A DNA stretch of 64,000 nt from Octopus sinensis (taxonomy: Eukaryota): positions 100,130,001-100,194,000 of the forward strand of contig NC_043005.1 of the NCBI RefSeq assembly GCF_006345805.1. The letters run 5' to 3'. Below the pieces are notes generated by a model. It saw only the letters and a program-made list of their open reading frames with translations. It was not told the DNA's origin and searched no databases. Positions within the stretch are counted from its first letter, which is position 1. Every line of letters starts with the position of its first letter. Of this stretch, positions 38,296 through 53,153 are shown in pieces. A program made the position numbers and the translations under genes.

Positions 38296-39485
38296 AAATC
38301 ATGGTTGTCTTTGCATACAGACATATCACCTGCATCCCACTGAAGCTGAGCATCCATTCCTTATCTAGCAGACTTATGGGTGTTGGTGCCACATAAAAAA
38401 GCACCCTTACTGATGCCATGCAGATGCACCCATGCTGGTGTAGTGTAAGAGCATGCAGTATACTCTGTAAAGGGGTTGGCATTAGGAAGGGCCTCCAGCC
38501 ATAGAAACCATGTCAAAACAGACGTGGAGCCTGCAAAGCTCTCCAGCCATGCCAGTTCCTGTCAAAATGTCCAACCCATGCCAGCTAGGAAAACAGAGGT
38601 TAAATGATGATAACGATGATTATACACACATACATGCTTACATACATCTATAAATACACACACACAAACACACATATACGCATACTCACACAGACACACA
38701 CGCACACACACACACACTCACACACAGAACAGTAAAGATTAATAAAAAAATTTTAAAACCATGTTTAATTTTTTTTTCCCATAATAAAATAAAATGAGCA
38801 GAAATTTGTGAAATCCTATTTGGGTTTTGATGCTGTTGATGCTTTTGCTGGGAATCTATGTGGCCCTTCTAAAGAATATCACAACAAACTGAACAAACAG
38901 AAAATGTTGCCCTGTCTCCTTTCCTCAAAAATTCCCTGAAAGAAATCAACTGCACAATGTATCCCATGTTGATCAGAAGGAAATGGTATATAGATCTAGA
39001 AACGGAAATTAAAATGAAATTTGAAGGGAAAACCAAAGAAAAAGACAGGAAAGAAACTTAAAATCATTTGGAATACATTTAAAACGACAAACTAAATTGA
39101 TTTCAGATTAAATTAACTTCAGCAGAAAAACAGGAATTTCAGAAAATGTCAAAAAGAAGGGAAAGCCAAATATGAATTTACACAAGAAATATAAATATAA
39201 ATATAAAGTTGGGAAGAAAAATGCAAAGGGACGTACATTATTATTATTAATTGAAAGCTGCCATTGGAAGGGTTACATTTATCTATAAAAACACACACAC
39301 ACACACACAACTTGTTTTCCTCATACATGCTTTCTGAATGTTTTTCCTTCATTCATTAAATTTTTCTGGAGTTCTCAAAAATAAAACAACCTCAAATCAG
39401 CAGAATACGCAAATATGTTTGATGCAATGTTAGTCAATCCCACCATATTCCTTTGACTACACTGTATAATCAATCACATGATATA

Positions 39486-39517
<32 letters not shown>

Positions 39518-39522
39518 ATTTA

Positions 39523-39812
39523 GAGGACTGACCACTAAAAGTGGACAGCCTATATGCTAAACATAGACGTCAAATCGCCATTACCACGAAGAATGTGTTC
39601 TCAAGTTTGTGTGTCCATATACGTAAATATTAACAAGGGAAACCAATGGTACATAGGTAATCGTTTTTATTTCGTATATTTTCATTTGTCTTGCTTATTT
39701 TTACACTTTGATTTTTTGCTGAGTTTTTTCTTGAAAACACATTCTTCGTGGTAATGGCGATTTGACGTCTATATCTAGCGTATAGGCTGTCCACTTTTAG
39801 TGGTCTGTGCTC
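39523..39812. mobile_element. MITE with ~83-bp TIRs and TA target duplication (Tc1/mariner-type)
   Basis: ta|gaggactgaccactaaaagtggacagcc... / ...ggctgtccacttttagtggtctgtgctc|ta. Confidence 0.85.
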
Positions 39813-40244
39813 TAAATTTTGTATGTAACACAATTTTTAATCTTCAGACTTTTTAAAATATGCTAAGCCACTGGTTTTAATTGATTAATATCAATTTCTA
39901 CCCTTTTTATTTAATTTTATATATATAACGTTTTTAATAAAAGGACACCCACATCATATTCAAGTAAAGTAATTTTGTAACCACAAAAACTTTGTATAGT
40001 TGATTATGTTATCACATGTCATGAAAACAGTTGTAGAGTAGAACAAATTTTGGGGAGCAAATATGACTGAGATAGCTTTCTGTTCTTCCAAATATTCTTC
40101 CTGAACAATCATTTGGACCCATTTTAAACAATACATGATGTAATATCTGAAATAATAATATATTGAAGTTTACTGACATGTTAAAGAACTGATTTCTTGA
40201 ATTTTGTGGGTATATTTTTCCAGTGCATAAGCACTTATTAAAAT

Positions 40245-40258
40245 GATAGATAGATAGG

Positions 40259-40291
<33 letters not shown>

Positions 40292-40388
40292 GGATGGATG
40301 GATGGATGGATGGATGGACAGACAGACAGACAGACAGACAAACAGATAGATAGATGGATGGATGGATGGATGGATGGATGGATAGATG

Positions 40389-40464
<76 letters not shown>

Positions 40465-40504
40465 GTTAGATGGATGGATGGATGGATGGATGGATGGATG
40501 GATG

Positions 40505-40566
<62 letters not shown>
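40245..40566. repeat. Compound tetranucleotide array (GATA/GATG/GACA)
   Basis: Seen directly. Confidence 0.95.
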
Positions 40567-40846
40567 CAGATTCTCTGAAAAGCATAGTAGACAAGATAAA
40601 TAAAATGAATTCAAAACAACACTTATAGAAATTACTCTAACTCTAAACCTTTCATATAAACAGCAAAATCCTTTTCCTCTGTCAAATAGGTTTCAATTTC
40701 TCTAAATTCACTTTCTCATAGTGATTTTCAGTTATACAAGCTTTTTTTCCTTCATTCCAATGAAACTTTTTAATTTTTCTAAGTTCCTTATTTCAAGAAA
40801 AGAATTTTCTGAATAGAATGCATAAACACACACACACACACACACA

Positions 40847-40904
<58 letters not shown>

Positions 40905-41014
40905 GTATATATATATATATACCATATTTATATACCCATGCATACACATAGACAGACATATGCATGCACCTCCCTCTCTCTCACTACATATATATATATA
41001 TAAAATATATATAT

Positions 41015-41049
<35 letters not shown>

Positions 41050-41401
41050 TATGTATATATACACATATACAAAAACACATATATAATGTAGTAAAACAAA
41101 AACAGAAAATAAAAGAAAGACTAGAGCCAATTCTATCTTCATGTTTTTGAGGAATTATTATTGAATTTTAGTTCCATATAGGTTATCAAATTTTTGTTGT
41201 TGTTAAGTTTTGAGATATTCGTCCCCAGCTGCTTTTACTTCAGAATCTCACCCCACCCACCAAACTCTTCCTGCCACCAGCCTTTCCTCAACACCTTCCT
41301 TTGAGCAATTATCAGTAATTCTTCAATCTCTACTTCACTCTGCACATTTCCATTGCCGATTCTTTATTTATTTCTAATTCCTCTCAATTCTCCATGTCTC
41401 T

Positions 41402-41453
<52 letters not shown>

Positions 41454-41532
41454 CCATCACTCCCTCCATATTCTTCTTGACTTGACAGCACTGTCTTGAA
41501 GTCTTGAACAAGTGTTATCTATGAAGAACCCC

Positions 41533-41694
41533 TTAAGTGAGTGGTGCAGTCAAGTCAAGTACTTTGCATGCCTTCAGGATAACACACTCTTCACAGTTGT
41601 CAATGATGGTGATGCTGCCGGTTGCAGGGGACGGGTGGGTGACAGGGTATGGGTGAGGGTGGGACGGGACGGGACAGGACAGAGTGGAGGTCAT
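41533..41694 (-). CDS. Candidate 53-aa small ORF or first coding exon (MTSTLSCPVPSHPHPYPVTHPSPATGSITIIDNCEECVILKACKVLDLTAPLT)
   Basis: ATG in GCCACCATG context with an upstream in-frame stop, in a GC/CpG-richer unique island. No homology recognised. Confidence 0.25.
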   Translation of the reverse strand: MTSTLSCPVPSHPHPYPVTHPSPATGSITIIDNCEECVILKACKVLDLTAPLT

Positions 41695-42763
41695 GGTGGC
41701 TGGGTGGAGGTGACGTCCTCCAATTCCTATTTAGGGAGTCAAATTCTTGACACCGATATTGAAGTCAATACTGCCAGTTGTGATATTCCGATATCTGTGT
41801 AGCAGAGATGTATACATCGTATCAATGTAGCCGGAGAACTCAACCAAATCAAAAATGGGGAGTGAGCGGAGAGAGAAAGAGAGAGAGAGAGAGAGAAAGA
41901 GAGAAAGAAGAATAAAGAGAACAACACATTCTCACTGATCTATACACACATATACACATGGATATGCTGATCTATACGTACTTACCCTTACAGAGGGAAA
42001 AGGAAAGGAAGAGTTTAGTGGAATGGCTGTAAGGTTCTTTTTAGTTTTTCTACATTTATTATTATCATTGAAGAGAAAATAAATGCAAAACGTGTGTAAG
42101 TGTGTGTGTGTGAGAGAGAGGGGAGAGAGGGGGGTAGATAAAAATCTTGTGTATGTATATATATATTTGCATGTCTCTGTGATTAGATCTTTGTATGAGT
42201 TTGTCAGTATTTGTATGATAGATATCAGTGTATTTGTGTATGTCTATGTATGTATATTTATATGAGTGTGTGTGTGTGTGTGTTTGTGTGAGTATGTGAT
42301 GAAGATCAATATTAAGTGTCACCTGTGAGATACCTCTAGCTTTCTGTAACCAACAAAGTGTCAAGTTTAAACAGTTTTTCTCCAACCCAATCAATGTCAG
42401 GTTCATTGCTGCCACAATAACCACACCCATCCACCCTCCCTCTACTCTATCCTTTATCAAGGGTTCAATTTGAAACCAACAAACTCGGTGCATACATGGA
42501 ATGAACAATAACTTCAAGGCATTCTAAGAAATTCTATTGCTATCAAGTTTTCTTGTTTTCACAAGAATCTTTCAAATGCCAACTTAATCAGATTCATTGC
42601 AAGTAAACTTCACACAAACCCATCTCAACAATGGACATAACACCTCTTCTATACAGAAATACACACATATTCTCTCCCTCTCTTTCTCTCTCCCTCTCTC
42701 ATCCTGTACATGAATTATGAAGCAATGCATTATATAGCTAAATTTTTAATATAATTAATAATA

Positions 42764-43071
42764 TCACCGTGATCACCGTGACCGACCAGGCTATCAGATG
42801 TTACACATCACTGGTCACAATGCGATTCGCATTGTTTTAGCCTTCAAATGACGCCACCCCGCCGGCTAAGCGAGCAGGCTAACAGAAGAAAGAGTGAGAG
42901 AAAGTTGTGGTGAAAGAGTACAGTAGGGATCACCACCATCCCCTGCCGGAGCCTCGTGGAGGATTTAGGTATTTTTACTCAATAAACACTCACAACGCCC
43001 GGTCTGGGAATTGAAACCACGATCCTATGATCACGAGTCCGCTGACCTAACCACTGGGCCACCGAGCCTCC
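42764..43071 (-). mobile_element. tRNA-derived SINE (fourth family)
   Basis: Minus strand ggaggctcggtggcccagtggttagg (A box)...ggtttcaattccc (B box); tail with tandem cacggtga repeats. Confidence 0.8.
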
Positions 43072-43494
43072 ATAATTAATGATATCAGCCATTATAAATA
43101 CCAGCTGCAGAATATAAAAAAATGAGTAAAATGCCTGTTGACAAGACCTAAAGTGAATATTTTGCATACAATAGTAGTTATGATTGCTCTGACTATCCCT
43201 TAAGAATAGCTACTTTAAATTGCAACTGTACTACTTTATCTTAATAAAATCTCCATTACACTTGCTTAACAGATTATTTCCATTGCTCTTGCTTAACAGA
43301 TAATTCGTTAGTGACTTAGCACTAGCGGCAGAGGCTATTGTACTAATGACCAACATAACAAAGTGTCACACCTTGATTCAATGTTTATAATGAGATTTAA
43401 CACTGAATGCAAACAAATTATCAATTAACTTAATTAATCATTTTGAGATTCATTAATTATATATACATATGCATATGTATGTAAATACATGCAA

Positions 43495-43525
<31 letters not shown>

Positions 43526-44405
43526 CATACACACACACACATATATATTTATATATATATATATACATATATATATGCATATATATATTCATACACATAC
43601 ATATAAATACATATATATACACATATATATACACATATAGACACATACAAACATACATATACATGTATGTATGTATAAACACCTAGACATATAGAATTAT
43701 ACATAGGTACATGCATATATGCATACACAGCTATAGGTATACATATGTGTGTGTGTGTGTGACACATGACATGAAAATTTTCTGTTCTCTTTGTTTTGCT
43801 ATCATATTAAGCCTTGTAGGAAGACTTAGAGAATCTTCTGCCATCTACATTTTAGCCATACATGCATGGCACCATAGGTAAAAAGCTTGCTTATTAATTG
43901 GGTTGTTTGAGGTTCAACCGTTCTGTGGAGTACCTTGAAAAATACCTTCTAATACAACCTCAGATCAACCAAATGAGTAAAAATGGATAGACAAAACAGT
44001 GTAGAAGGCCATTGGACTGAATGTATCAACTGCTAGATTGCTTTCAGGTTCTTAGGTACCTTTAGCAGAGCCCTGTCTGTTGTGAACATTCAGACCAGGT
44101 CTTCTTTAAAGATCCTTGATTTTTTCCTAAGAGTCTTGAAGGCCTAGCAAAACATTTGTTGTTGTGAGTGGGACCAACTTCTGACTAAACTACACAAGGA
44201 AAACAACTTTCTTACAGAATTTCTTAAGTTAAATTGTTAAACCAGAGAGACATCAGTGGTTGAATTGTTAAATTATTACAATAGCGATATATGCAATCAT
44301 ATGGTTGAATGTGTGTTTAGGTGTGTTTAGGTGAGTGTGACTATCTATGGTTTATATAAGTACAAGCAAGATGATTCATATAGTACTCAATGTCGAGAGT
44401 GGAGA

Positions 44406-44624
44406 CTCTTCTCTTTTCTCTTTTACTTGTTTCAATCATTTGACTGCGGCTATGCTGGAGCATCGCCTTTAGTTGAGCAAATCGATCATAGGACTTATTC
44501 TTTGGAAGCCCAGTACTTATTCTATCGGTCTCTTTTGCCGAACTGCTAAGTTACGGGGACATAAACACACCACCATCGGTTGTCAAGCGATGCTGGAGGG
44601 ACAAACACAGACACACAAACATAT

Positions 44625-44677
<53 letters not shown>

Positions 44678-44836
44678 TACGACGGGCTTCTTTCAGTTTC
44701 CGTCTACCAAATCCACTCACAAGGCTTTGGTCAGCCTAAGGCTATAGTAGAAGACACTTGCCCAAGGTGCCAAGTAGTGGGAATGAACCCAGAACCATAT
44801 GGTTGGTAAGCAAGCTACTAACCACACAGCCATTCC
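44406..44836 (-). mobile_element. SINE family A, full length
   Basis: Reverse complement of head, internal (TA)n and tail. Confidence 0.9.
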
Positions 44837-45224
44837 TGGATACAAATGTAAAATTTGAATAACTAGATGACAGGTACCAGCTGTAATAACGACATACAAA
44901 CATATAACCTAGGACAATGGTAAGCTAATAGCACACTCTAAAGTAGCAGCTGACAGAGTTTGCATCTACAGCATTCTGCTTTAAGGCACTGAGACCTGCC
45001 TTATGTGTGTGTGTGTGTGTGTGTGTGTGTTTGTGTGTGTTTGTGTGTGTGTGTTTGTTTGTGTGTGTGTGTGTTTGTTTGCGTGTGTGTGTGTGTGTAC
45101 GAAAAGCCCTGTACTCGGAAGGAAAAAGAAACACACACATGATGACAGAAACTGTATAAAAACCCCTTTTTTTACTCTCTTCTGTTCTTAATTCTCTCTC
45201 TTGTCCATGTATTCTATAATTTAT

Positions 45225-45452
45225 TTCTTTATTACCCACAAGGGGCTAAACATAGAGGGGACAAACAAGGACAGACAAATGGATCAAGTCGATTACATTG
45301 ACCCCAGTGCGTAACTGGTACTTAATTTATTAACCCCGAAAGGATGAAAAGCATAGTCGACCTCGGCGGAATTTGAACTCAGAACGTAACGACAGACGAA
45401 ATACGGCTACACATTTCGTCCTGTATGCTAACGGTCCTGCCAGCTTGCCGCC
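45225..45452 (-). mobile_element. SINE family B, full length
   Basis: Ends ...ctgccagcttgccgcc (rc of the head). Confidence 0.9.
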
Positions 45453-45934
45453 ATCATGTATTCTATAATAATTCATTATGACTGAACTTTTAGCAATCCA
45501 TATATTTTATGCTCTTCGCTGATCATTTTTGATATCATCTTCCACTGTCAATGAATTTTGTGAACATTTAATCATTTAAACATGTTTTCTACTTTGCAAT
45601 TTTAAATTGTTAAAATCCCATTGTTTTATATACGTTTATACCATTGATAAACAAAAAATTGTTCAAAGTAGTTTGGTGTGTATGTAAATAAATTTATTTA
45701 AAAACAATTCCAAGTTTTTCAAATCCTGATACATTTTCATAAACAAAAACAAATTCTCCTATATTTTTTCCTGCTTGGAAATACACCCCCTCTTTCCATA
45801 TATATACATATATATCTTTATATCATTAACAGTGTGAAATTGTTGCAATTATTTGGACAATAGCTGGTGAGATTTAGTGACTTTATATATATATATATAT
45901 ATATGTATTTATATATATGTATGTATGTATATAA

Positions 45935-46255
45935 CTGGCTTCCGTGGTGGTGGCACGTAAAAAGCACCATTCGAGCGTGATCATTACGAAAGATGCCTTA
46001 CTGGCACTTGTGCCGGTCGCATATGAAAAAACATTCAAGCAAGGTCATTGCCAGTGCCGCTGGACTGGCTCCTGTGCAGGTGGCACGTAAAAAACACCAT
46101 TTGAGTGTGGCTGTTACCAGTACTGCCTGACTGACCCTTGTGCAAGTGGCACGTAAAAGCACCCACTACACTCTCGGAGTGGTTGGCATTAGGAAGGGCA
46201 AATTAGAAGTCAAATCGTCCAACCCATGCTAGCATGGAAAGCGGATGTGAGGATG
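45935..46255 (+). mobile_element. SINE family C with four array units
   Basis: gtggcacgtaaaaagcacc units and an RTE-like tail with an internal deletion. Confidence 0.85.
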
Positions 46256-48013
46256 ACAAATACATGTGTGTGTGTGTGTATGTGAGTGCGTGAGCATGTG
46301 TGTGAGTGCATGTGTGAGAGTGTGTGTATGTGTGTATTTTTGTGTCTCTGTTTGTCCCCCATAACTACCTGTCAACTTGTGTTAGTGGGTTTACATTTCC
46401 ATAACTTTGCTGTTTGGTGAAAGAGACTGATAGAATATTATGAGGCTTAAAAAGAAAATTAAGAACTGAGTTTGATTTGCTCTTCTAAAATTCCCCAAAA
46501 CAGTGCCCCAGCATGGCCACTGCCTAATGACTGAAACAAGTAAAAGATAGAAGATAAAGGATAAAGATATATTCACATAATTAATGTCACAACCATTGCT
46601 CAGTTGTTGAGACTTTACTGAAAAAATTCATTTATTATTATTATTATTATTATTATTATCATCATTATTCTTAAAAGTGGTGAGGTGGCAGAATCGTTAG
46701 CACGCTGGGCAAAATGTTTAGCGGTATTTCGTCTGCCGCTTAATTCCGAGTTCAAATTCTGCCAAGTTCGACTTTGCCATCCATCCTTTCGGAGTCGATG
46801 AACTAAGTACCAGTTATGCACCAGGGTCGATGTATTCAACTCTTCCCCTCCCCCAAATTTCAGGCCTTGTGCCTACAGTAGAAAGAACTATCATTATTAT
46901 TATTATCGTCATCATCATTATTATTATTATTATTATAACTACTACTATTATTGAAATTAAACCACTGATTTAATCTTAGAAAATATCATTTTAAAACCTA
47001 CAGACTTCCACTCCATTTAGAATTCTATTTTCATCAAAGAGAATTCTGTTTTTGTTTTTGGCATTTATTATTATTATTTTTATTTATTTTTTTTTGTGTG
47101 TGTGTGGTTTTATAAATGTTCAATTCAATGACAAATGAGATAATTTAGAATCATTAAAGCAATCTTTTCAGGGAGAAAATTGGGAAGAAATCAACAGAAA
47201 AAAAAAAAATGAACAACAACAGAAAACGAAAGTCTTTAAAACCAAAGTAAGCTCTTTCCACCTTTGGAAACACTCACAGACATATGGAGAGTGCATTCGC
47301 AAACACACAGATGGACAGGTGCACACACATACACTAAACAAATGACAGAAAAAAATTTATTTGTAAAGAAATAAATCTAAGCAAACAACAATAACAAAAG
47401 GCAGAAATAAAATAGAAAATTACGCAGCAAAATAATTCTGAAGTTTCTTGTTTTTTTTTTTCTATTTCCTTTGCCATTTTCCTCATTCATATTCTACAAT
47501 AATAATCAATTCCTTAAAACAAGAGCATAACGCTTTAACAGGATATTCTTTGCCCAAAGCTGATTCTTATTAATGGTTTCTTGATTCTACTTTCCAAGTG
47601 GTACTGTTCAATTTGAGGAAATGTTTGGAAAAACGCAAAAAAGTAATAAATAAATAGATTTTAAAATCATTTCACATTGGAAAATTTATTCTGTTGGGAA
47701 GTCAGGGTGGCTACATTATCTCCATTGTCACTTTGGTGCAGGCGTTGGTGGTGTTGGTGTCGGCAGTGATCATCATCATCATCATCATTACTGAAAGTGG
47801 TCTGGCATAATTGTTAGAATGTAAGACAAACTGATAAGCAGCATCTCTTCTAAGTCTTTATATTCTGAGTTCAAATTCTGCAGAGGTCGACTTTGCCTTT
47901 CATCCTTTCGGTGTCGATGAATTAAATACCAGTGAAACACTGGGGTTGATGTAATCAACTACTCACCCCCCCCAAAAAAAAATGGCTGCCCTTGTGGCAA
48001 AATTTGAAACCAC

Positions 48014-48046
<33 letters not shown>

Positions 48047-48076
48047 CATTATTATTATTATCATCATCATCATTAT

Positions 48077-48636
48077 TGAGTGAGATAGCAGTGCATGCCA
48101 TCAAAGTGACATTGGGGTACAATTGTACGTAGTTCAATACACCCATCATGACTACCTGTCTAATAAGGGTACACCAGGCACATACATCACAACCACATGT
48201 GTGCGATATGGTGATCTTCTATCAAGATAAACAGTGCATGACCTTGCAGGTGGGGGCCCAGTTAGAATTTTATTCAGGTTGAGTAGCCCATCCCATTCAA
48301 AAGGTCCCTGAATAAGGTTTCTTTAAGAATGATGAGCAAAACACCCATGTTTCCAGAGGTGAATTATTGAAACCCCCAAAGAATTCCTTTCAACAGACGG
48401 TTATGATGCTCCCCCACTACTCCTGCTCGTGATCAGAGATGCACATATCATCAGCCAGTAAGGGACATGCTCAACTGGTTATGGTCAAACAACTGACTAG
48501 CAAATCTGTGGTATTGAGCAGAATATTTGCTGTAGCCCATCTTTTATACCAAGTCAAAACAATCTACATGTTAACATTTCCAATCAGTTAAGATCAGAAG
48601 CCACACAAGAGCCACTGCCTGGTACTGCATCAGGGC
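48077..48636 (-). mobile_element. ~555-bp element embedded in (AAT)n (copy 1)
   Basis: Reverse complement of 59551-60105 over its full length; (ATT)n on both sides. Confidence 0.85.
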
Positions 48637-48693
<57 letters not shown>

Positions 48694-49643
48694 CATCATT
48701 GTTGTTGTTATTAAATTGTGGCCTACATTTGTTAGCTGGACTCCTTTGGTCTTGTTTTACATCATAAAGAGGCTAATGCCAACAATTTGAACTCAATATA
48801 TTGAGGGCCCAAACAAATACTGTCAGCCCAAAAGGCATCTTGGGTGTTGTTCTCTTATTGATACGTTATTGATCCCAAAAGTATGGAGGGCAAAGTTGTC
48901 TTCAATAAAATTTAAATTCAGAGTGTAGAGATCTAAAACAATTACTACAAAATATTGTATTCCAGGCTCTAACAATTCTACCAACACACCGCATTTCCAA
49001 AATAAATTAATAAGTGAGACCTATCTAAAACACAATGGGTTACTTGTAACATTTTCTTGTCTCTCCATAATTTCTCCATTAATATTTATGTATTGATTTC
49101 TTTATCACTGTGAAATGTATACACACACACACATGCACATACATACATATATAAACATACATATATAAACATACATACATATATACACATATATACATAC
49201 ACACACACACATATTTTGCATTTAGTTTTCATTAATATAAAAATACTTTTCTGTTTTCTCTTTGGGTACTTTGTAATAACATACACATATATTGCACCCA
49301 CTACACTCACGGAGTTGTTGGCGTTAGGAAAGGCATCCAGCCGTAGAAACACTGCCAGATCAGACTGGAGCCTGGTGCAGCCTTCTGGCTTCCCAGACCC
49401 CAGTTGAACCGTCCAACCCATGCTAGCATGAAAAGCGGACGTTAAACGAGGATGATGATGATGATGATGATGTTATATTTACACACGGCAATCTCAGTGA
49501 TGATACCTTAACAAAATGATCCAAACTGATTAGGCATAGCAACTAAATTTCCTTCAAACCACATGCAACCATGGTTAAAAATAAAAAAAAGACTATATGG
49601 TTAAAAATTAAAAAAAGACTATATATATATATATATGTATGCA

Positions 49644-49690
<47 letters not shown>

Positions 49691-50645
49691 GTGTCTGTGT
49701 TTGTCTCCCAGCATCACTACGTCCCTGTAACTTAGCTGTTCAGACCAAAAGAATAAGTACTAGGCTTACAGAGAGTAAGTCCTAGAGTCGATTTGCTGAC
49801 TAAAGGCAGTGCTCCAGCATGGCCACGGTTAAATGACTGAAACAAATAGAAAGAATAAACAGAAAAAAAATAAAAGCATGACAGAGCATCATTATCATCA
49901 TCATCATTTAACGTCCATTGTCCACGCTGGCATGGGTTGGATGGTTTGACCAAAGCTGGTCAGCTGAGGAGCTGAACCAGACTCCAATCTCATTTAGCTG
50001 GATGCCCTTCCTTATGTCAATCACTCTGAGACTGTAACGAATGCTTTTATGTGCCACTGCCATGGATACCAAGTTGTGTGACACCAGTATCTGCCCCAAC
50101 TAGGATTTCACAGAACAAAGTATAAAAATTTCTAATGAAACTCTATAGAATCTCTAGTTGTTACAACTTTGATTATGCTTCCGACTTATGTATATACAAC
50201 TTACACACTGAGATATGGTGAGTGCTATGACAAGCAGAGTGTAGTCATAGATATCTTATTAAATCTGTCTTTTTTGTTTTGCTTCATTTCATTACTAGCT
50301 TAAAATTTGTTTTCTGTTGGACTTTTAAGCTAGTGGCTAAACTAAAGAGGGCTAAATAGCTTAACTATAATACGTCTATAATGACTATATGCCCTGGTGG
50401 TGTTTGATCAGAGGTTAAGAATGGAGGAAAATTAATTCTGTAATGCGACCATTCTACTGTTCCAGTCCCAAGTTCAATTCCAACTGTTGGCCAAATTGTC
50501 GCAGAATTTTTATCTCGATGAAGCAAATGTCAATTTATCTTCCCCTTGATTTATGACATCATCTGACAAACACTACCAAGATGATGTGAACCAACCAAGC
50601 TTAACCTGCTAGGAATTGCAACCCAAATGCTTTTAAATCACATCC

Positions 50646-50791
50646 CAGTGCTGGATGTTCAAGAACTAAATGAAGGGCCTATCTTCTATACCGGGATCAT
50701 CATGATTTCAAAAAGGTATAATGTGTCTATGTAGACTGAAATACAAAGGTCCCAGACGGACAGACAGAATTTCCCCTTTATTATTATAGAT
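50646..50791 (-). mobile_element. Helitron-like short element (5' end)
   Basis: Minus strand begins atctataataataaaggggaaattctgtctgtccgtctg. Confidence 0.5.
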
Positions 50792-51213
50792 GTTCAAAAA
50801 CTGTGATGGTAAACACAGAAGTTATAAGAAAACATGTTTATATTTTGGAATTATTTATGTGCATAAGTAAATCAGAAACTATAAGCATTTCAGAGTAAGC
50901 TTTGGTAAATTTAATGAGGAAACATGGAATTAGCTACTGAATTTCTTTTATCCTTTTATTTGTTTAAATCATTGAATTGTAGCCACGCTGGGGCACCACC
51001 TTGAAGGAATTTAGTCGATCATATAGATCACAATGGTTATTTTAATGTTTGATACTTATTTTAGCAATCCTTGTTTGTTATTTTGTCATACTGCTAAGTT
51101 ATGGGACATAGATAAAAAGAGCAGCAATTTTTCAGCAGCATCAATATGAAATCACAGTTGAGAGAGATAGAGAGAGAGAGAGAGAGGGGGGGAGAGACGC
51201 ACACATACACATG

Positions 51214-51257
<44 letters not shown>

Positions 51258-51435
51258 ATGGACTTTCACATAATTTCCATTCTCTCTCAAGATAATGGAC
51301 CATGCTGAAGTTATAGTAAAACACACTTGTCTAGGATGACATGCAACAGGATTGAACCTGACTTCTTGACAACACTGCCAGAAATGACTACTAATCTAAC
51401 TTCTATTGAAGTCATGACAAATTCAGCTTATCTCA

Positions 51436-51912
51436 TGTCACATGTCCGAGTGTCACATGTGCTAGTGACAGACATCTTAGAATGACATGTTCAGGTATCA
51501 CCTTTCTGGTGGCACAAGTTCTTGTATCATATGCCCAGAATTACATGTTCCAGTGTAACACCGTACTGTCGCATGTGATTGGTGTCATGCATCAAATGTC
51601 ATAACATCTAGTCTCACACACCTAGTGCTACATGCCTCAGTATCACACATCATGTTGTCACATGTACTGGTTTCACATATCAAGTGTCACATAGATGCTC
51701 TAAAGTCACACATATTGTTACATGTTTTGGTGTCACATATCAAGTATCACATACATGTACTGGTGTCACATAACAAGTGTCACATACTTGCTTTAAAGTC
51801 ACACATCATGTACTGGTGTCACATATCATGTGTCACATGCTTAGTACCATAAGCCTTTGTGTCACACATTTGCCTCATGCACCCACATCATTTTGTCACA
51901 TATCTGTTGTCA
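51436..51912. repeat. Degenerate GTCACA(T) minisatellite with higher-order 33/60/93-bp periods
   Basis: About a dozen exact GTCACA and as many near-matches (hand count); blocks 51661-51713 and 51754-51806 are near-identical. Confidence 0.8.
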
Positions 51913-53153
51913 ACAATTATGAAGACAGTAACAGTGTATAATTACAATATTTCTTTGAAGAATTAATCCAAGACTGAACATGTAGGCTCCATGTTTATAC
52001 TGTTTATCAGTTTTACTTTGAGTTCTTCTTTCCTGTGTGTCATTTGTGTTTCCTACATCCATTAGTTTAAAACGCACATACTCACACAAACTCACATACA
52101 TATTGTTCAATCTTAGATTAAGTGAAATTACAAAAAAAAAATAACAAACTCTGTAAGTATTAAATATTTCGCTAAGTGGAACCAAACATATTCAGATTGT
52201 TGCTGCAAGGCTAAATACGTTAAAAGCATATTTAAATGCTATAAACATTGAATTTATTTCATGTTGAGAAATATTTAATTTCAGATTAGTCATGGAAAGA
52301 GAACATTTTTAATGTGTTTAATTTATAGGTCATAGATGGAACTATACGTAGAAGGTTCTTTAAATGTTCCGAGTGAATAGGAAAGAGAGTAGTTAGAGGT
52401 AAATATTCTGAAGTTTAGAGAATAAGGAATTTGAATCATCATCATCATCAACATCATCATCATTTTAATGCTCACTTTTCCATGCTTGCACGGGTCAGAT
52501 GGAATTGGTTGAGGAAATTTTCTGCAGGTAGATGCCCTTCATAGTGTCAACCCTCCCCTGTTTCCATTTAAGAGGATATTTATATTTTCCCATGGCCAGA
52601 CATGTTTTGATGGAAGACTAGAAGCAAAGAGCACTGCCGTATGATAGTCACACTTAATTTTAAGACAAGGAGATACCAATTCACCCCCCCACACATACAC
52701 AATACATACATACATACAGTTCATGGAGTGGTTGGCGTTAGGAAGGGCATCCAGCTGTAGAAACACTACCAAATCAGACTAGAGCCTGGTGCAGCCTCCA
52801 TGGCTTACCAGATCCTGGTCGAACCATCCAACCCATGCTAGCATGGAAAACAGACGTAAAATGATGATGATGATGATATAAATCAAAGTTTACAGTATCA
52901 TATATTCATTATAACTCTTAGCTTAAACTGGCTGAGTTCATTTCATCATCTTTTTACAAGAAACACAAGCCACTCACATATGTCTTTTCAACTCCAACAA
53001 TAGAGAGCAGTAGCCATATTTCACTCCATGACTGTCATCTCTGAAGAGATCAGGCTGTTATCTAACACTCCATTAGATTCCTTGTGTAAAACTGACTGAT
53101 AAGATTAGTTGTATCTCTCTCTCTCTATGTATATGTACATACATACAAACATA

